Origin: an uncultured bacterium | Lineage (GTDB): Bacteria > Omnitrophota > Omnitrophia > Omnitrophales > Aquincolibacteriaceae | DNA length: 64,000 nt | Assembly: GCA_964482725.1 (NCBI GenBank) | Contig: CAYZYT010000001.1 | Coordinates: 270,912-334,911, forward strand | Reading direction: 5' to 3' | Shown here: one piece after another, positions 10,142 to 19,342 of the stretch | Position numbering within the stretch: position 1 is the first letter of the stretch | Layout: every line of letters begins with the position of its first letter | The notes under the pieces: generated by a model | Database searches by the model: none | The model's input: only the letters and a program-made list of their open reading frames with translations | Told to the model about the DNA's origin: nothing | Program-made: the position numbers and the translations under genes

Positions 10142-11689
10142 ATGAAAAAAAGAACGCGTCATAGCCAAAATATACTGAAAGACCAGAGAGGTTTTGCCTT
10201 GATCAGCGTCTACCTGGCGGCCATAGTGGTCTTGATCGTTTCAAGCGCCGCCTTCGGTTCTGTTTTTTCCGAATCGCGTCATATTGAGCGGGAGATCACA
10301 AGAACCCGGGCCTACGCAGCCGCTGAAGCGGGACTGCAGAAGGCCTTGGCGCAGGTCGCTCAGCCCGCAACCGCCTACACGGGATTCATCAATACGGCCA
10401 GGATGCCCTTCTCCGGCGAACAATCTTTCCAGTCAACCACCGGAACCCTTGTGGGATCCTTTTTTGTGACCTTTAATTATCCGAATCAAGCCGATTGGGT
10501 CGTCCTTTCGGCGACCGCAACGGTGAATGGTGAAACCCGCAGGCTAGAGGGGCGGGTCTTCCTTCAATCAAATCTTTCAAAATATCTCATGTACGCAAAC
10601 TCGACCACCGTCGGACTCGGAAATAATTTAGTCCTGGGAACAAGTGATGGCGTTAACCCCCAAGGGGTTCCCGTCAACCCAAACGACCGGGCCGCGTTAT
10701 ATTACACTAATGATCTGGATTTTTCGGGATCCAACATCCATATCTATGGAGACACTCATGCGGAGAATTTTATCAGCGGAAGCAATTCCAACACCATCCA
10801 TGGAGACACTTACGTGGGAGGATTCGCTTGGGACAACCTGGGCCGGGTCACAAATGATGGCATTAACGGAACCCTCACCGTAGGCGATGGATTTAGTGAT
10901 GACATCGACCGCGACCATAATGGCACCATCAATGCGAATGATTATGCCGATCGGCATGATCTTTTAAAAGCACCGGACGAAATGAAAGTCTACAATCAGG
11001 ATGCCCGCCGAGAAGAGGTCTTGGACACAATAAATCTCAATTTTTATCAAACCAATAATTCCAGCGTTGCTGCAACGCGCGGCTATGGAACCACAACAGC
11101 AGAGCGCTATTTTGTTTTCACACCCAACGCTGCCGGGACCCAAACCAACGTGGCCGTTTATAACACCCAAGCCAAGTACAACACCGCTAAAGTCTCCGAC
11201 CAGGTCGATGCGTTCACGTTGCCTGCAGGCGCGATCCTCTATAATAAAGGACGCGCCCATGTCAAAGGCACCATCGCCGGCCGCGTAGCCGTTGTTTCTT
11301 CTGACGATATCCTTTTTGACGGAAATGTCAGGTACGCGGGCAACAATTCTTATTGCTCCGCGCAGAATTCCGCCGCCTTTTTAGCCAAAGATCAGATCTT
11401 TTTCCGTCCGGAGAGCCTGGAAGTAAGCGGGATCATTTACGGGGACAGGACTGACAGCCACCCGGGCAATCTGGCCATTGATTCTGATTATAACGTAAAC
11501 GGTCAGGTCCGTCCCCAAGACAAGGCCAACGGCCATTTCCGGCATTTCGGCAATCTGATCATTGACGGGACAGGAAACACCTCGAACTACACCAATGACC
11601 GTGCTTATGTTTACGACCCGAATTTAAAGTATTACCGCCCGCCCGGACTGCCGGTCAAGCCTGAGCTGCGCATGGTCAGGGAAATATAA
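10142..11689 (+). CDS. PilX-like pilus assembly protein with large C-terminal domain
   Basis: QRG|FALISV (no Glu5), RAYAAAEAGL PilX_N motif; DxDxNG Ca-binding-like loop. Confidence 0.78.
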   Translation: MKKRTRHSQNILKDQRGFALISVYLAAIVVLIVSSAAFGSVFSESRHIEREITRTRAYAAAEAGLQKALAQVAQPATAYTGFINTARMPFSGEQSFQSTTGTLVGSFFVTFNYPNQADWVVLSATATVNGETRRLEGRVFLQSNLSKYLMYANSTTVGLGNNLVLGTSDGVNPQGVPVNPNDRAALYYTNDLDFSGSNIHIYGDTHAENFISGSNSNTIHGDTYVGGFAWDNLGRVTNDGINGTLTVGDGFSDDIDRDHNGTINANDYADRHDLLKAPDEMKVYNQDARREEVLDTINLNFYQTNNSSVAATRGYGTTTAERYFVFTPNAAGTQTNVAVYNTQAKYNTAKVSDQVDAFTLPAGAILYNKGRAHVKGTIAGRVAVVSSDDILFDGNVRYAGNNSYCSAQNSAAFLAKDQIFFRPESLEVSGIIYGDRTDSHPGNLAIDSDYNVNGQVRPQDKANGHFRHFGNLIIDGTGNTSNYTNDRAYVYDPNLKYYRPPGLPVKPELRMVREI

Positions 11690-11708
11690 AAAAAGGGAGG
11701 AGCATTTT

Positions 11709-11999
11709 ATGAAGGAGATCAAGTTGATTCATGTCGCGATTGCGCTGATCCTTGTTCTGTCAGCAATAGCCATTCTGCAGTGGGCAACACTTCCCAAAGG
11801 CGTCCGGCCTCCTGTAGCAGAATCTTCCTCGGAATCCGACCAACTCACGAAGCTCCCGGTACTACCGCAAAATGAGCTCAGCAAACCCATTGCGGTTCCA
11901 TTTGCTGAGGAAGAACCTTCCTTTTTTGAAAAAAGTTCTTTGGCAAACAACGACGAGCCAAAAGATTCTTCCTCGAGCAGTGGAAAGCCCCTGCTCTAA
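11709..11999 (+). CDS. Small single-TM hypothetical protein, last gene of the pilin operon
   Basis: GGGAGG RBS, N-terminal TM, Ser/Pro/Glu-rich tail. Confidence 0.6.
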   Translation: MKEIKLIHVAIALILVLSAIAILQWATLPKGVRPPVAESSSESDQLTKLPVLPQNELSKPIAVPFAEEEPSFFEKSSLANNDEPKDSSSSSGKPLL

Positions 12000-12026
12000 G
12001 ATGGGGTTTGTTTATTCTTGCGCGCT

Positions 12027-12140
12027 TTAACCCAGGCCAAGCCTTATCTTGATCGCCTGGTCGACCTTGCCTTGATAATCCGCAGGAAGGTGTCCGATCT
12101 TTTTCTCAAGGCGTTTTTTATCCAGTGTACGGATATGAGG
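12027..12140 (-). pseudogene. C-terminal remnant of a MazF/PemK toxin
   Basis: Manual translation PHIRTLDKKRLEKKIGHLPADYQGKVDQAIKIRLGLG*; in-frame stop upstream and no start codon. Confidence 0.75.
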
Positions 12141-12200
12141 GACTGTTCTTCTGGGATTGCACGAGGACTTCCTTGACGCCTATTCCCTACACCCTAAACC

Positions 12201-12668
12201 CTAGTTTTTATCTTCCCACGCGCAAACTTTAGGAACCTGCAAGAATCCGTTGTATTGAAGGAAGGAAACGCCGAGATACTCTTTTCCGGTGGCATTCTCG
12301 CGGAAACGGAAAACGCCGGCCGTCAGCTCCGCTGATTTCGCATACCCCTCGCCCTTCGCAATTTTTCCCGCGGGGATCGCCGGATCCCCATTATTGTCCC
12401 GGCAAACTCTGTCGGAAAGCATTCCCGTTTGGGCGGCTTGGTAGAATTTGTTGGCAGGATGGTCTTTCGGGATAGAAGGGATCGTGACATCCGCCGGAGC
12501 GGAACAGCCGGAAATTAGAATGGCCAAACTCATGAACGTCATCCTGAGCGAAGCGAAGGATCTCGTTTGAGATTCTTCGGCCTTCTGCCTTCTTCGAAGG
12601 CAAGAAGCAGGTTTCAGAATGACAAAACGAGTGAAGGGTTCAGTGATTTTTTTCAAAAGCCTTACCAT
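12201..12668 (-). CDS. Lipoprotein of unknown function; start uncertain (12668 or about 12533-12542)
   Basis: Lipobox LISGC; ATG 12668 overlaps the trpB2 stop; a palindromic repeat lies in the N-terminal part. Confidence 0.65.
   Translation of the reverse strand: MVRLLKKITEPFTRFVILKPASCLRRRQKAEESQTRSFASLRMTFMSLAILISGCSAPADVTIPSIPKDHPANKFYQAAQTGMLSDRVCRDNNGDPAIPAGKIAKGEGYAKSAELTAGVFRFRENATGKEYLGVSFLQYNGFLQVPKVCAWEDKN
12538..12623. repeat. GTCAT...ATGAC REP-like palindromic element
   Basis: GTCATCCTGAGCGAAGCGAAGGATCTC...GAGATTCTTCG...TCAGAATGAC with nested hairpins. Confidence 0.8.
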
Positions 12669-14053
12669 TTTCCAGTCTTCTGGAAAGAAGGTTTGGGGTG
12701 ATGCTGGATCGTAGAGATCGCTTCCTGCAAAAGAGAATCCGGAAGGGAATATTCTTTCAGATCCCCGTTCAGGAACTTGTCATAGCCGGCAAGATCCATG
12801 AGCCCATGGCCGCTGTAACAAAAGAGGATCGCTTTCTCCTTCCCCTCTTCGCGCGCCTTGATCGCCTCGTCGATCGCGCAGGCGATCGCATGGCTTGTTT
12901 CCGGAGCACAGATCGTTCCTTCCGTCCTGGCCCAAAGCATCGCCGCTTCATAACATTTAATCTGATCGATCGCGCGGGGTTCCATAAGTCCCTCGACCAC
13001 GCCCTGGCTCACCAAGGGCGACATGCCGTGATAACGCAAGCCCCCGGCATGGATCGGCTCAGGGATAAAAGTGTGTCCGAGCGTGTGCATGGGAAGAAGC
13101 GGCGTCATTTTCGCCACATCCCCGTGATCATAACTAAAGGGCCCGCGGGTCAGGGTCGGGCACGCCGTCGGTTCCACGGGGATGATCCGGATCTTCGCTC
13201 CGTGGATCTTGTCGCAAACGAATGGGAATGAAATACCGGCAAAATTGCTTCCGCCGCCCGCACATCCGATCACGATATCCGGCTGTTTCTCTCCGGCCAG
13301 GGCAAGCTGCTTTTTCGCTTCAAGACCGATGATGGTCTGATGGAGCATCACGTGATTAAGCACGCTTCCGAGGCAATAGCGCGTCTTGCCGCTCGGATCG
13401 CCCACGGCCTCTTCGATCGCCTCACTGATCGCAATGCCAAGGCTCCCGGGGGTTTTTGGATCTTTTTTCAGGATCTCCCGTCCGGCATGCGTTTCATGAC
13501 TCGGACTCGCAACGCAGTTGGCTCCCCACACCCGCATCAGACTCTTGCGAAAGGGCTTCTGATCAAAACTGATTCGCACCATGAACACCTTGCATTCGAG
13601 GCCTAGGAGCTGGGAAGCAAAAGCGATCGCGCTCCCCCATTGGCCGGCGCCGGTCTCCGTCGTAAGCTTTTTAATCCCGAACTGTTTGTTGTACCAGGCC
13701 TGCGCCACGGCGGTGTTGGGCTTGTGGCTACCGGCGGGGCTGACGCTTTCATCCTTATAATAAATACGCGCGGGAGTTTTCAGATATTTCTCAAGATAGA
13801 TCGCCCGCTTAAGCGGTGCGGGGCGCCAGCGATAAAGCATCTCCAGGATCTCTTCGGGGATATCGATCCAGCGGTCCGTGCTCATTTCTTGCTCGATCAG
13901 ATTCCCCGGGAACACCTTCTCGAGCATATCCGGAGAGATGGGGTTGCCATCCGGCCCCAGCGGCGGCTGCATGGGTGTCGGCAGGTCCGCGGCCATGTTG
14001 TACCACTGTTTCGGCATGTCTTTTTCACTGAGCGTGATCTTGATATTTTTCAA
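12662..14053 (-). CDS. trpB: TrpB2 (TrpB-like PLP-dependent enzyme)
   Basis: [40 protein letters not shown]; stand-alone, type-2 N-terminus. Confidence 0.93.
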   Translation of the reverse strand: MKNIKITLSEKDMPKQWYNMAADLPTPMQPPLGPDGNPISPDMLEKVFPGNLIEQEMSTDRWIDIPEEILEMLYRWRPAPLKRAIYLEKYLKTPARIYYKDESVSPAGSHKPNTAVAQAWYNKQFGIKKLTTETGAGQWGSAIAFASQLLGLECKVFMVRISFDQKPFRKSLMRVWGANCVASPSHETHAGREILKKDPKTPGSLGIAISEAIEEAVGDPSGKTRYCLGSVLNHVMLHQTIIGLEAKKQLALAGEKQPDIVIGCAGGGSNFAGISFPFVCDKIHGAKIRIIPVEPTACPTLTRGPFSYDHGDVAKMTPLLPMHTLGHTFIPEPIHAGGLRYHGMSPLVSQGVVEGLMEPRAIDQIKCYEAAMLWARTEGTICAPETSHAIACAIDEAIKAREEGKEKAILFCYSGHGLMDLAGYDKFLNGDLKEYSLPDSLLQEAISTIQHHPKPSFQKTGKW

Positions 14054-14234
14054 CTCGGGCTCCCTCTTTTTAAAAATTTCATAACTATTTCCCTCAACAA
14101 TGCAGCGGGGAATATCCTAAGACTGCATATAGTTTATCCATTTCCAGAAAATAATCATCGGGTTTTTTGCTTTGAAAGCAATCCCAGTGCGACTCGTCAT
14201 TGCTCAGATCGCCCCAGCGAGGCGATCTTCACTC

Positions 14235-14322
14235 GCGCGCCGTCCTTGTCATTTTTTCCTTAATTGTAGACAAGGACTGCCCCAATTTTCACTTCGTGAA
14301 AATTGATAGGTATTGGGACCGA
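14235..14322 (-). repeat. Two-hairpin dispersed element, copy A
   Basis: Minus strand GGTCCCAATACCTATCAATTTTCACGAAGTGAAAATTGGGGCAGTCCTTGTC-N18-GACAAGGAC. Confidence 0.75.
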
Positions 14323-14330
14323 CTTCACTC

Positions 14331-14552
14331 GGCGCACAGGAATCGTCAGGAGACAGCTCTCGGAGCTGATGGAAGCTCGGCCCTGCGCGACAGAGCAGGT
14401 TCCATCAGCGAGAGCGCAGGCTGGCATTCGCCGCGGGAGCGAATGAACAGCCGGTGTCGAAGGACGATTCCTGTACGCCACCTTGCCCGTTCCGTCTCGC
14501 GAGCGTGCCTCCCCGCACTGGGATCACTTTGTGTCTGGAAGGAGGGACGCGC
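14331..14552. other. Multi-branched structured intergenic element (MITE-like or ncRNA candidate)
   Basis: GGCGCACAGGAATCGTC (14331) pairs with GACGATTCCTGTACGCC (to 14479) and encloses several internal hairpins; further hairpin at about 14503-14552. Confidence 0.6.
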
Positions 14553-14609
14553 CAAAAAAATTTTGCGTTCGCCGTTCCACGTTCTCCCTTTCCCGTATAT
14601 AATCCCCCC

Positions 14610-16802
14610 ATGCGAAAAGCACTTTCTTATATTATTCCCGCGCTGATCCTCTTCGGCGTCCTTGCGCTCCAATACAGTTTCCCGACCGAGATCGAATCGT
14701 TTCGCGCCAAGGTCTTCGACATTTTTCAAATGATCAAGCCTCGCGTTTATCAGGACACGCCGGTGCGCATCATCGACATCGATGACGAAAGCCTGGAAAA
14801 GATCGGGCAGTGGCCGTGGCCCCGGACGATCCTCGCGAAACTCGCCTCACGCCTGGCCGCGGGCGGCGCTACCGTGATCACCTTTGACGGGGTCTTTCCG
14901 GAACCGGATCGTTCTTCCCCAAAGAACATGCTTTCCCTTTGGGGGGAAGGCGCGACCGATGAACTTTTACGAGCTCAGCTCGACATGATCCCGGACCACG
15001 ACACGGTTTTCGCAGAAGCCATTGCCAAAGCACCTGTGGTCCTCGCCTTCGGGCTGACGAACGAATCGCATTCAAAACTTCCGGCATTAAAAACGGGATT
15101 TCTAGAACACGGGACGAGCAAGGACCCGGCTATTGACTACATCCAGCCTGTTTTTAAAGGCGCGGTCGTAAATCTCCCTCTCCTGGAAAAAGCCGCAAAG
15201 GGCAATGGCTGTTTTAATATGGGGACAGAATGGGATAACATTATCCGGCGCGTCCCGGCGCTTTTCCGGTTGAACAACACCCTTTATCCGGCCCTGGTCC
15301 TTGAAACCCTGCGTATTTTCCAAGGAGCTTCCGCTTATAAGATCACCCTCGCCGGCGCCACAGGCGAAACTTCCTTCGGAGAAAAAACCGGCCTTGTAAG
15401 CATTAAGACCGGCCTGTTGGAGGTCCCCACCGACGCCATGGGCCGGATCTGGCTTTACGACACCGGCTACAAAAAAGAACGCTTTGTCCCCGCCTGGAAA
15501 ATTCTTTCAAATGACAAGCTCCTCGAAGAGATGAAGGAAAAGGTTCTTTTCATCGGCACGAGCGCTATGGCCATGAAAGACATCCGCGCGACGCCGCTCA
15601 ATCCGCACGCCTCCGGCGTTGAAGTCCACGCTCAGATCGTGGAGCAAATGTTCCTTGGGGATTTCCTGGAACGGCCGGACTGGGCCGCAGGTCTTGAATT
15701 CACTTATCTGACTTTGCTCGGGATCCTGCTTATTTTGATCCTCCCCAAGGCGGGCGCCGTACGTTGCGCCGTGATCGCTTTCCTGGCGATCGTCTCCGCG
15801 TTCGGGGCTTGCTGGTATGCCTTCGTCCGTTGGCATTTTTTGATCGACCCGGTCTTCCCTTCGTTTGCTGTCTTTGGGATCTACCTGGCATCTTCTTTCC
15901 TGAACTTCCTCGGCACGGAGCGCGAACGCGGTCAGATCCGCGGCGCCTTCGGCCGTTATCTCTCCCCCGCGCTCGTCGAACGACTTGCCAAAAATCCCGG
16001 CCAGCTGAAACTCGGCGGCGAGATGCGCCCCATGACATTCCTTTTCATGGATATCCGGAACTTCACCGGGATCGCGGAAAAGTTCACGCCGGAAGAGCTC
16101 ACGCAATTTATGAACCGGTTTCTCACGCCCATGACCGACATCATCCTCCGGCTCGGAGGCACGATCGATAAGTACATGGGCGACTGCATCATGGCGTTCT
16201 GGAACGCGCCGTTCGAAGACAAGAACCACGCGCCCCACGCCTGCCAATCGGCCCTGGAGATGCAGCAATACCTGAGCACCACGCCGGGCTTTGAAGCCAT
16301 ACGCGTCGGGATCGGCGTCAATACCGGCAACGCCTGCGTCGGGAACATGGGATCGGAGCAGCGTTTTGACTATACAGCGCTCGGGGATGAAGTAAATCTC
16401 GCTTCCCGGATCGAGGGACTTTCAAAAAATTATGGCCTCACGGCTGTCGTAGGCCAAAACACCGTCGCGGCAGCGCCGGGATTCGCCACGATGGAGATCG
16501 ATCTCATCCGCGTCAAGGGAAAGACGAAGCCCGTCAAGCTCTTCGCGCTTTTGGGGGATACGGGGTTAGAAAATCAGACGCTTTTCAGGGAAGTCCGGGG
16601 ACATTTTGAAAAGATGCTTTCGGCCTACCGGGCTCAGCGGTGGGATGACGCTGAAAGAGCCCTCGATAACTGCCGCCACATCACTCTTCCAGGCCTCGAC
16701 CTTGGCGTGCTTTACGAACTTTACGTCTCACGCATCCTCGCCTACAAGATCAATCCGCCGTCTTCCAGTTGGGACGGCGTCACGACCGCCTCGTCAAAAT
16801 GA
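14610..16802 (+). CDS. CHASE2-domain class III adenylate/guanylate cyclase
   Basis: IDIDDESL..IGQWPWPR, GVEVHAQ, three TMs, FMDIRNFT, IDKYMGDCIMAFW, GDEVNLASRIE; start set at ATG 14610 (MRKALS). Confidence 0.93.
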   Translation: MRKALSYIIPALILFGVLALQYSFPTEIESFRAKVFDIFQMIKPRVYQDTPVRIIDIDDESLEKIGQWPWPRTILAKLASRLAAGGATVITFDGVFPEPDRSSPKNMLSLWGEGATDELLRAQLDMIPDHDTVFAEAIAKAPVVLAFGLTNESHSKLPALKTGFLEHGTSKDPAIDYIQPVFKGAVVNLPLLEKAAKGNGCFNMGTEWDNIIRRVPALFRLNNTLYPALVLETLRIFQGASAYKITLAGATGETSFGEKTGLVSIKTGLLEVPTDAMGRIWLYDTGYKKERFVPAWKILSNDKLLEEMKEKVLFIGTSAMAMKDIRATPLNPHASGVEVHAQIVEQMFLGDFLERPDWAAGLEFTYLTLLGILLILILPKAGAVRCAVIAFLAIVSAFGACWYAFVRWHFLIDPVFPSFAVFGIYLASSFLNFLGTERERGQIRGAFGRYLSPALVERLAKNPGQLKLGGEMRPMTFLFMDIRNFTGIAEKFTPEELTQFMNRFLTPMTDIILRLGGTIDKYMGDCIMAFWNAPFEDKNHAPHACQSALEMQQYLSTTPGFEAIRVGIGVNTGNACVGNMGSEQRFDYTALGDEVNLASRIEGLSKNYGLTAVVGQNTVAAAPGFATMEIDLIRVKGKTKPVKLFALLGDTGLENQTLFREVRGHFEKMLSAYRAQRWDDAERALDNCRHITLPGLDLGVLYELYVSRILAYKINPPSSSWDGVTTASSK

Positions 16803-16811
16803 CCGCTTGCG

Positions 16812-16878
16812 GTCATCCCCGGAAGCTTTCATCGGGGATCTAGCAAATGGATTCCCGACAAAAGCATTCGGGAATGAC
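16812..16878. repeat. GTCATYCCC...GGGAATGAC REP-like palindrome
   Basis: Related copies at about 31121-31186 and 50790-50851; lies between convergent genes. Confidence 0.8.
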
Positions 16879-16912
16879 ATAAGAGCAGCCCACCCCTCTG
16901 ATCTTATAAAAA

Positions 16913-17833
16913 CTACGATCCTTTAGAAACCGAGTATTTGGTGCCGCTATCCGTATTCGTTTTTCTTTCGCCAGAATGATCTTTGGCGGAATTTGCCGTA
17001 GAAGTCTGAGCCGCATCCTGAGCGCCAAGCGTACTTGTCTGATTCATACTATCCACATTATTGAGAAGATCTATCAACGACTGAGTGTCGATCTGTCTCT
17101 TCGGTAAAGAAGAAGGGGTCGCCTCCGTTCCCGGGCCCGCTGTTCCGGGGCCGGTCACCTTCTGTCCGAGTGCCACGGCAATCCGGTTCAGATCGGCTTC
17201 CGAGACCTGGAACACCGCCACTGGTGCGCTGTTGGGTCCGTCAACGATTGTCGCGTTCCCGGCGGTATCGATATCCACCCCCACGACCTCACCATTCACG
17301 ACATTGGTCACATAAATACGCCCCACACCCACGGGGCCCAAAAGCACGACGGTCGTTTTCTGACCGTCAATGATCCCCGCGACATTGGTCCCGCGAAAGC
17401 CGATGGACCCGGCCGGAAGATCAACCGACATGTTCTCCGATTTTTTGTGCGCCACCTTGCCGGAAACGACACGGAAGATCCCCTTCACCATGCTCGCCTT
17501 GACCTTTCCGTCATCATTGGCCGGGTCATACACGAATTCATCCACCGTGATCGCGCTTAAAGCTCCGAGCGTGAAAACCGTCTGATCCAGAAGCAGCACC
17601 TGCAGCTGTCCATCTGCCCCCGTTTCGATCTTATCGCCCATAAACACCGGGTCCCCGCTTTTCAGGGGATGTGAAACTTTAGACGGAGGCGTCGTCGCCT
17701 TGACCTCGCCTTTCACCGCCGCCGCGACCCCTGCCTGCGTCAATTCCGCCGGAGCGGCATACAAAGCTCCCACAGCTCCAAGCATCATAAGAACAGCGAT
17801 GGTCCCTATCCCCAAAAAACATTTCTTTGTCAT
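16913..17833 (-). CDS. Secreted FecR-domain protein (short paralog)
   Basis: Signal peptide; GDKIETGADG, LLDQTVFTLG, DEFVYDP, GIFRVVSG, IGFRGT. Confidence 0.85.
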   Translation of the reverse strand: MTKKCFLGIGTIAVLMMLGAVGALYAAPAELTQAGVAAAVKGEVKATTPPSKVSHPLKSGDPVFMGDKIETGADGQLQVLLLDQTVFTLGALSAITVDEFVYDPANDDGKVKASMVKGIFRVVSGKVAHKKSENMSVDLPAGSIGFRGTNVAGIIDGQKTTVVLLGPVGVGRIYVTNVVNGEVVGVDIDTAGNATIVDGPNSAPVAVFQVSEADLNRIAVALGQKVTGPGTAGPGTEATPSSLPKRQIDTQSLIDLLNNVDSMNQTSTLGAQDAAQTSTANSAKDHSGERKTNTDSGTKYSVSKGS

Positions 17834-17935
17834 AAAAACTCCTCGCATGAGCGTGGGAAACCAACAAACGTTCAAGGTTCGGAAAGTTTAAAGGATCCAT
17901 CCTTCAAACAGGCATTGTCCATTATTTTCGTATTA

Positions 17936-19339
17936 TTAATAACCGTTTACGATACGATTCTGGGGAGGTGTCGGCTCCGGCGTCAGCCCCGGGCTTCGTG
18001 TTCCTTCGGTAGCTCCACTCCCCTTGTTACGGTACATAGGATCCTTATTATCATAAACAATAGAAGAAAATGCATTTTGCGCAACCACGCCGTTGGCATT
18101 TTGAAGCGTAATCGTCGCGCTGATATTGCTAGGGTTAGGGATACCGCTACCGATCGCGGGCGAAAAGACAGCGTAAGAACCCGCACCGCTATTGAAAGAA
18201 ACCGGCGCGATTTCGACATAGCCGGTATTAATATTACCGCCGGCCTCGCGCGTATCAATATTGATAAAAGATTTCCCGCCCCCTATGGTTTTCGTCCCAA
18301 AATTAATGTCTATAGAAGTGGACACCGTTCCGACATGGGGTGAGTAGGTACTACCGTTTGTCACTGTTTGAATAAATTCCCCTGTCCCAGCATAATGATA
18401 CTCACCCGTCGTAATCCTGGAAAGTTCGGAAATCAGCGTAGTGCCATCAGCAATGCTCCCGCTCTCCGCAGCCGCATCCTGGGCGGCCGTCGTGGAGGTA
18501 TCATTATTCGTATCACTCAGACCGTTCAGGCCCTGGGCCGTATCGCTGTTCTCTCCCGTCATGAAAGTGCCTTGTCCGGATTCGTCCGTCGCGGAGCCGC
18601 CGCCTTCTCCCGAATTGCTTCCCCCGCCTGACGGAGCGAGCCCCGCCGTAAGGCCATTGATATCTGCCTCGGAAAGCTGAAATGCGCCCGAGACACTTCC
18701 GTCCGCGCCCACCGTCACGCCAAAACCTGTATGATCGACATCCTGCTGGCCCGAATTCTGCCCGTTCCCTGTAATACTGAAACTCCCTGGCTGCGCTCCC
18801 GCGTTGTTATTAGCGCCGGGACCCAAAAGCGCCGCAAGCGAGGGCCCTCCTGGGACCACATTCCCGCCCACGATCGTTCCGCGAATACCGATCGTCGCCG
18901 TCGGAAGTTTGAGCGTCACATTGCTCGGTTTCTTGGCAGCGATCTTTCCGGACACATAGCGAAAAACACCTTTCGCAATGCTGGCCTGAACTTTCCCGTC
19001 CTGGGTCTTGGGATCGTAAACAAATTCATCGATCACGAGTAGGGTATTGGGGCCGATCGTGAAAACGGTCTCGTCCAGGAGCATGATCTGTAGATTCCCC
19101 TGCGCGTCCGTACTGATCTTATCCCCCAGGTACACCGGCTGACCGCTTTGCGCGATACGCCCCACCTGGCCCGGCATCATCAGCTCCACCTTGCCTCTCG
19201 CCGCCGCCACCACGCCGATCTGCTCCATGCCGGCAGACACACCCAGAGGCGCCGTCACGGCAACGGGCATTTGGGCAAAAACAGCCGGAGCGGAGAGGAT
19301 CATAAAGAACGCTAAAAAAGAAGCGAGTGTCTTTTCCAT
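17936..19339 (-). CDS. Secreted FecR-domain protein with Gly/Ser linker and C-terminal beta-rich domain
   Basis: Signal peptide; DETVFTIGPN, DEFVYDP, TIGIRGT; C-terminal IDINFGTKTIGG. Confidence 0.85.
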   Translation of the reverse strand: MEKTLASFLAFFMILSAPAVFAQMPVAVTAPLGVSAGMEQIGVVAAARGKVELMMPGQVGRIAQSGQPVYLGDKISTDAQGNLQIMLLDETVFTIGPNTLLVIDEFVYDPKTQDGKVQASIAKGVFRYVSGKIAAKKPSNVTLKLPTATIGIRGTIVGGNVVPGGPSLAALLGPGANNNAGAQPGSFSITGNGQNSGQQDVDHTGFGVTVGADGSVSGAFQLSEADINGLTAGLAPSGGGSNSGEGGGSATDESGQGTFMTGENSDTAQGLNGLSDTNNDTSTTAAQDAAAESGSIADGTTLISELSRITTGEYHYAGTGEFIQTVTNGSTYSPHVGTVSTSIDINFGTKTIGGGKSFINIDTREAGGNINTGYVEIAPVSFNSGAGSYAVFSPAIGSGIPNPSNISATITLQNANGVVAQNAFSSIVYDNKDPMYRNKGSGATEGTRSPGLTPEPTPPQNRIVNGY

Positions 19340-19342
19340 AAA

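Noticed and set aside
14054-14230. Trp attenuator or T-box upstream of trpB2
   Set aside because: No Trp-rich leader peptide or T-box motif seen
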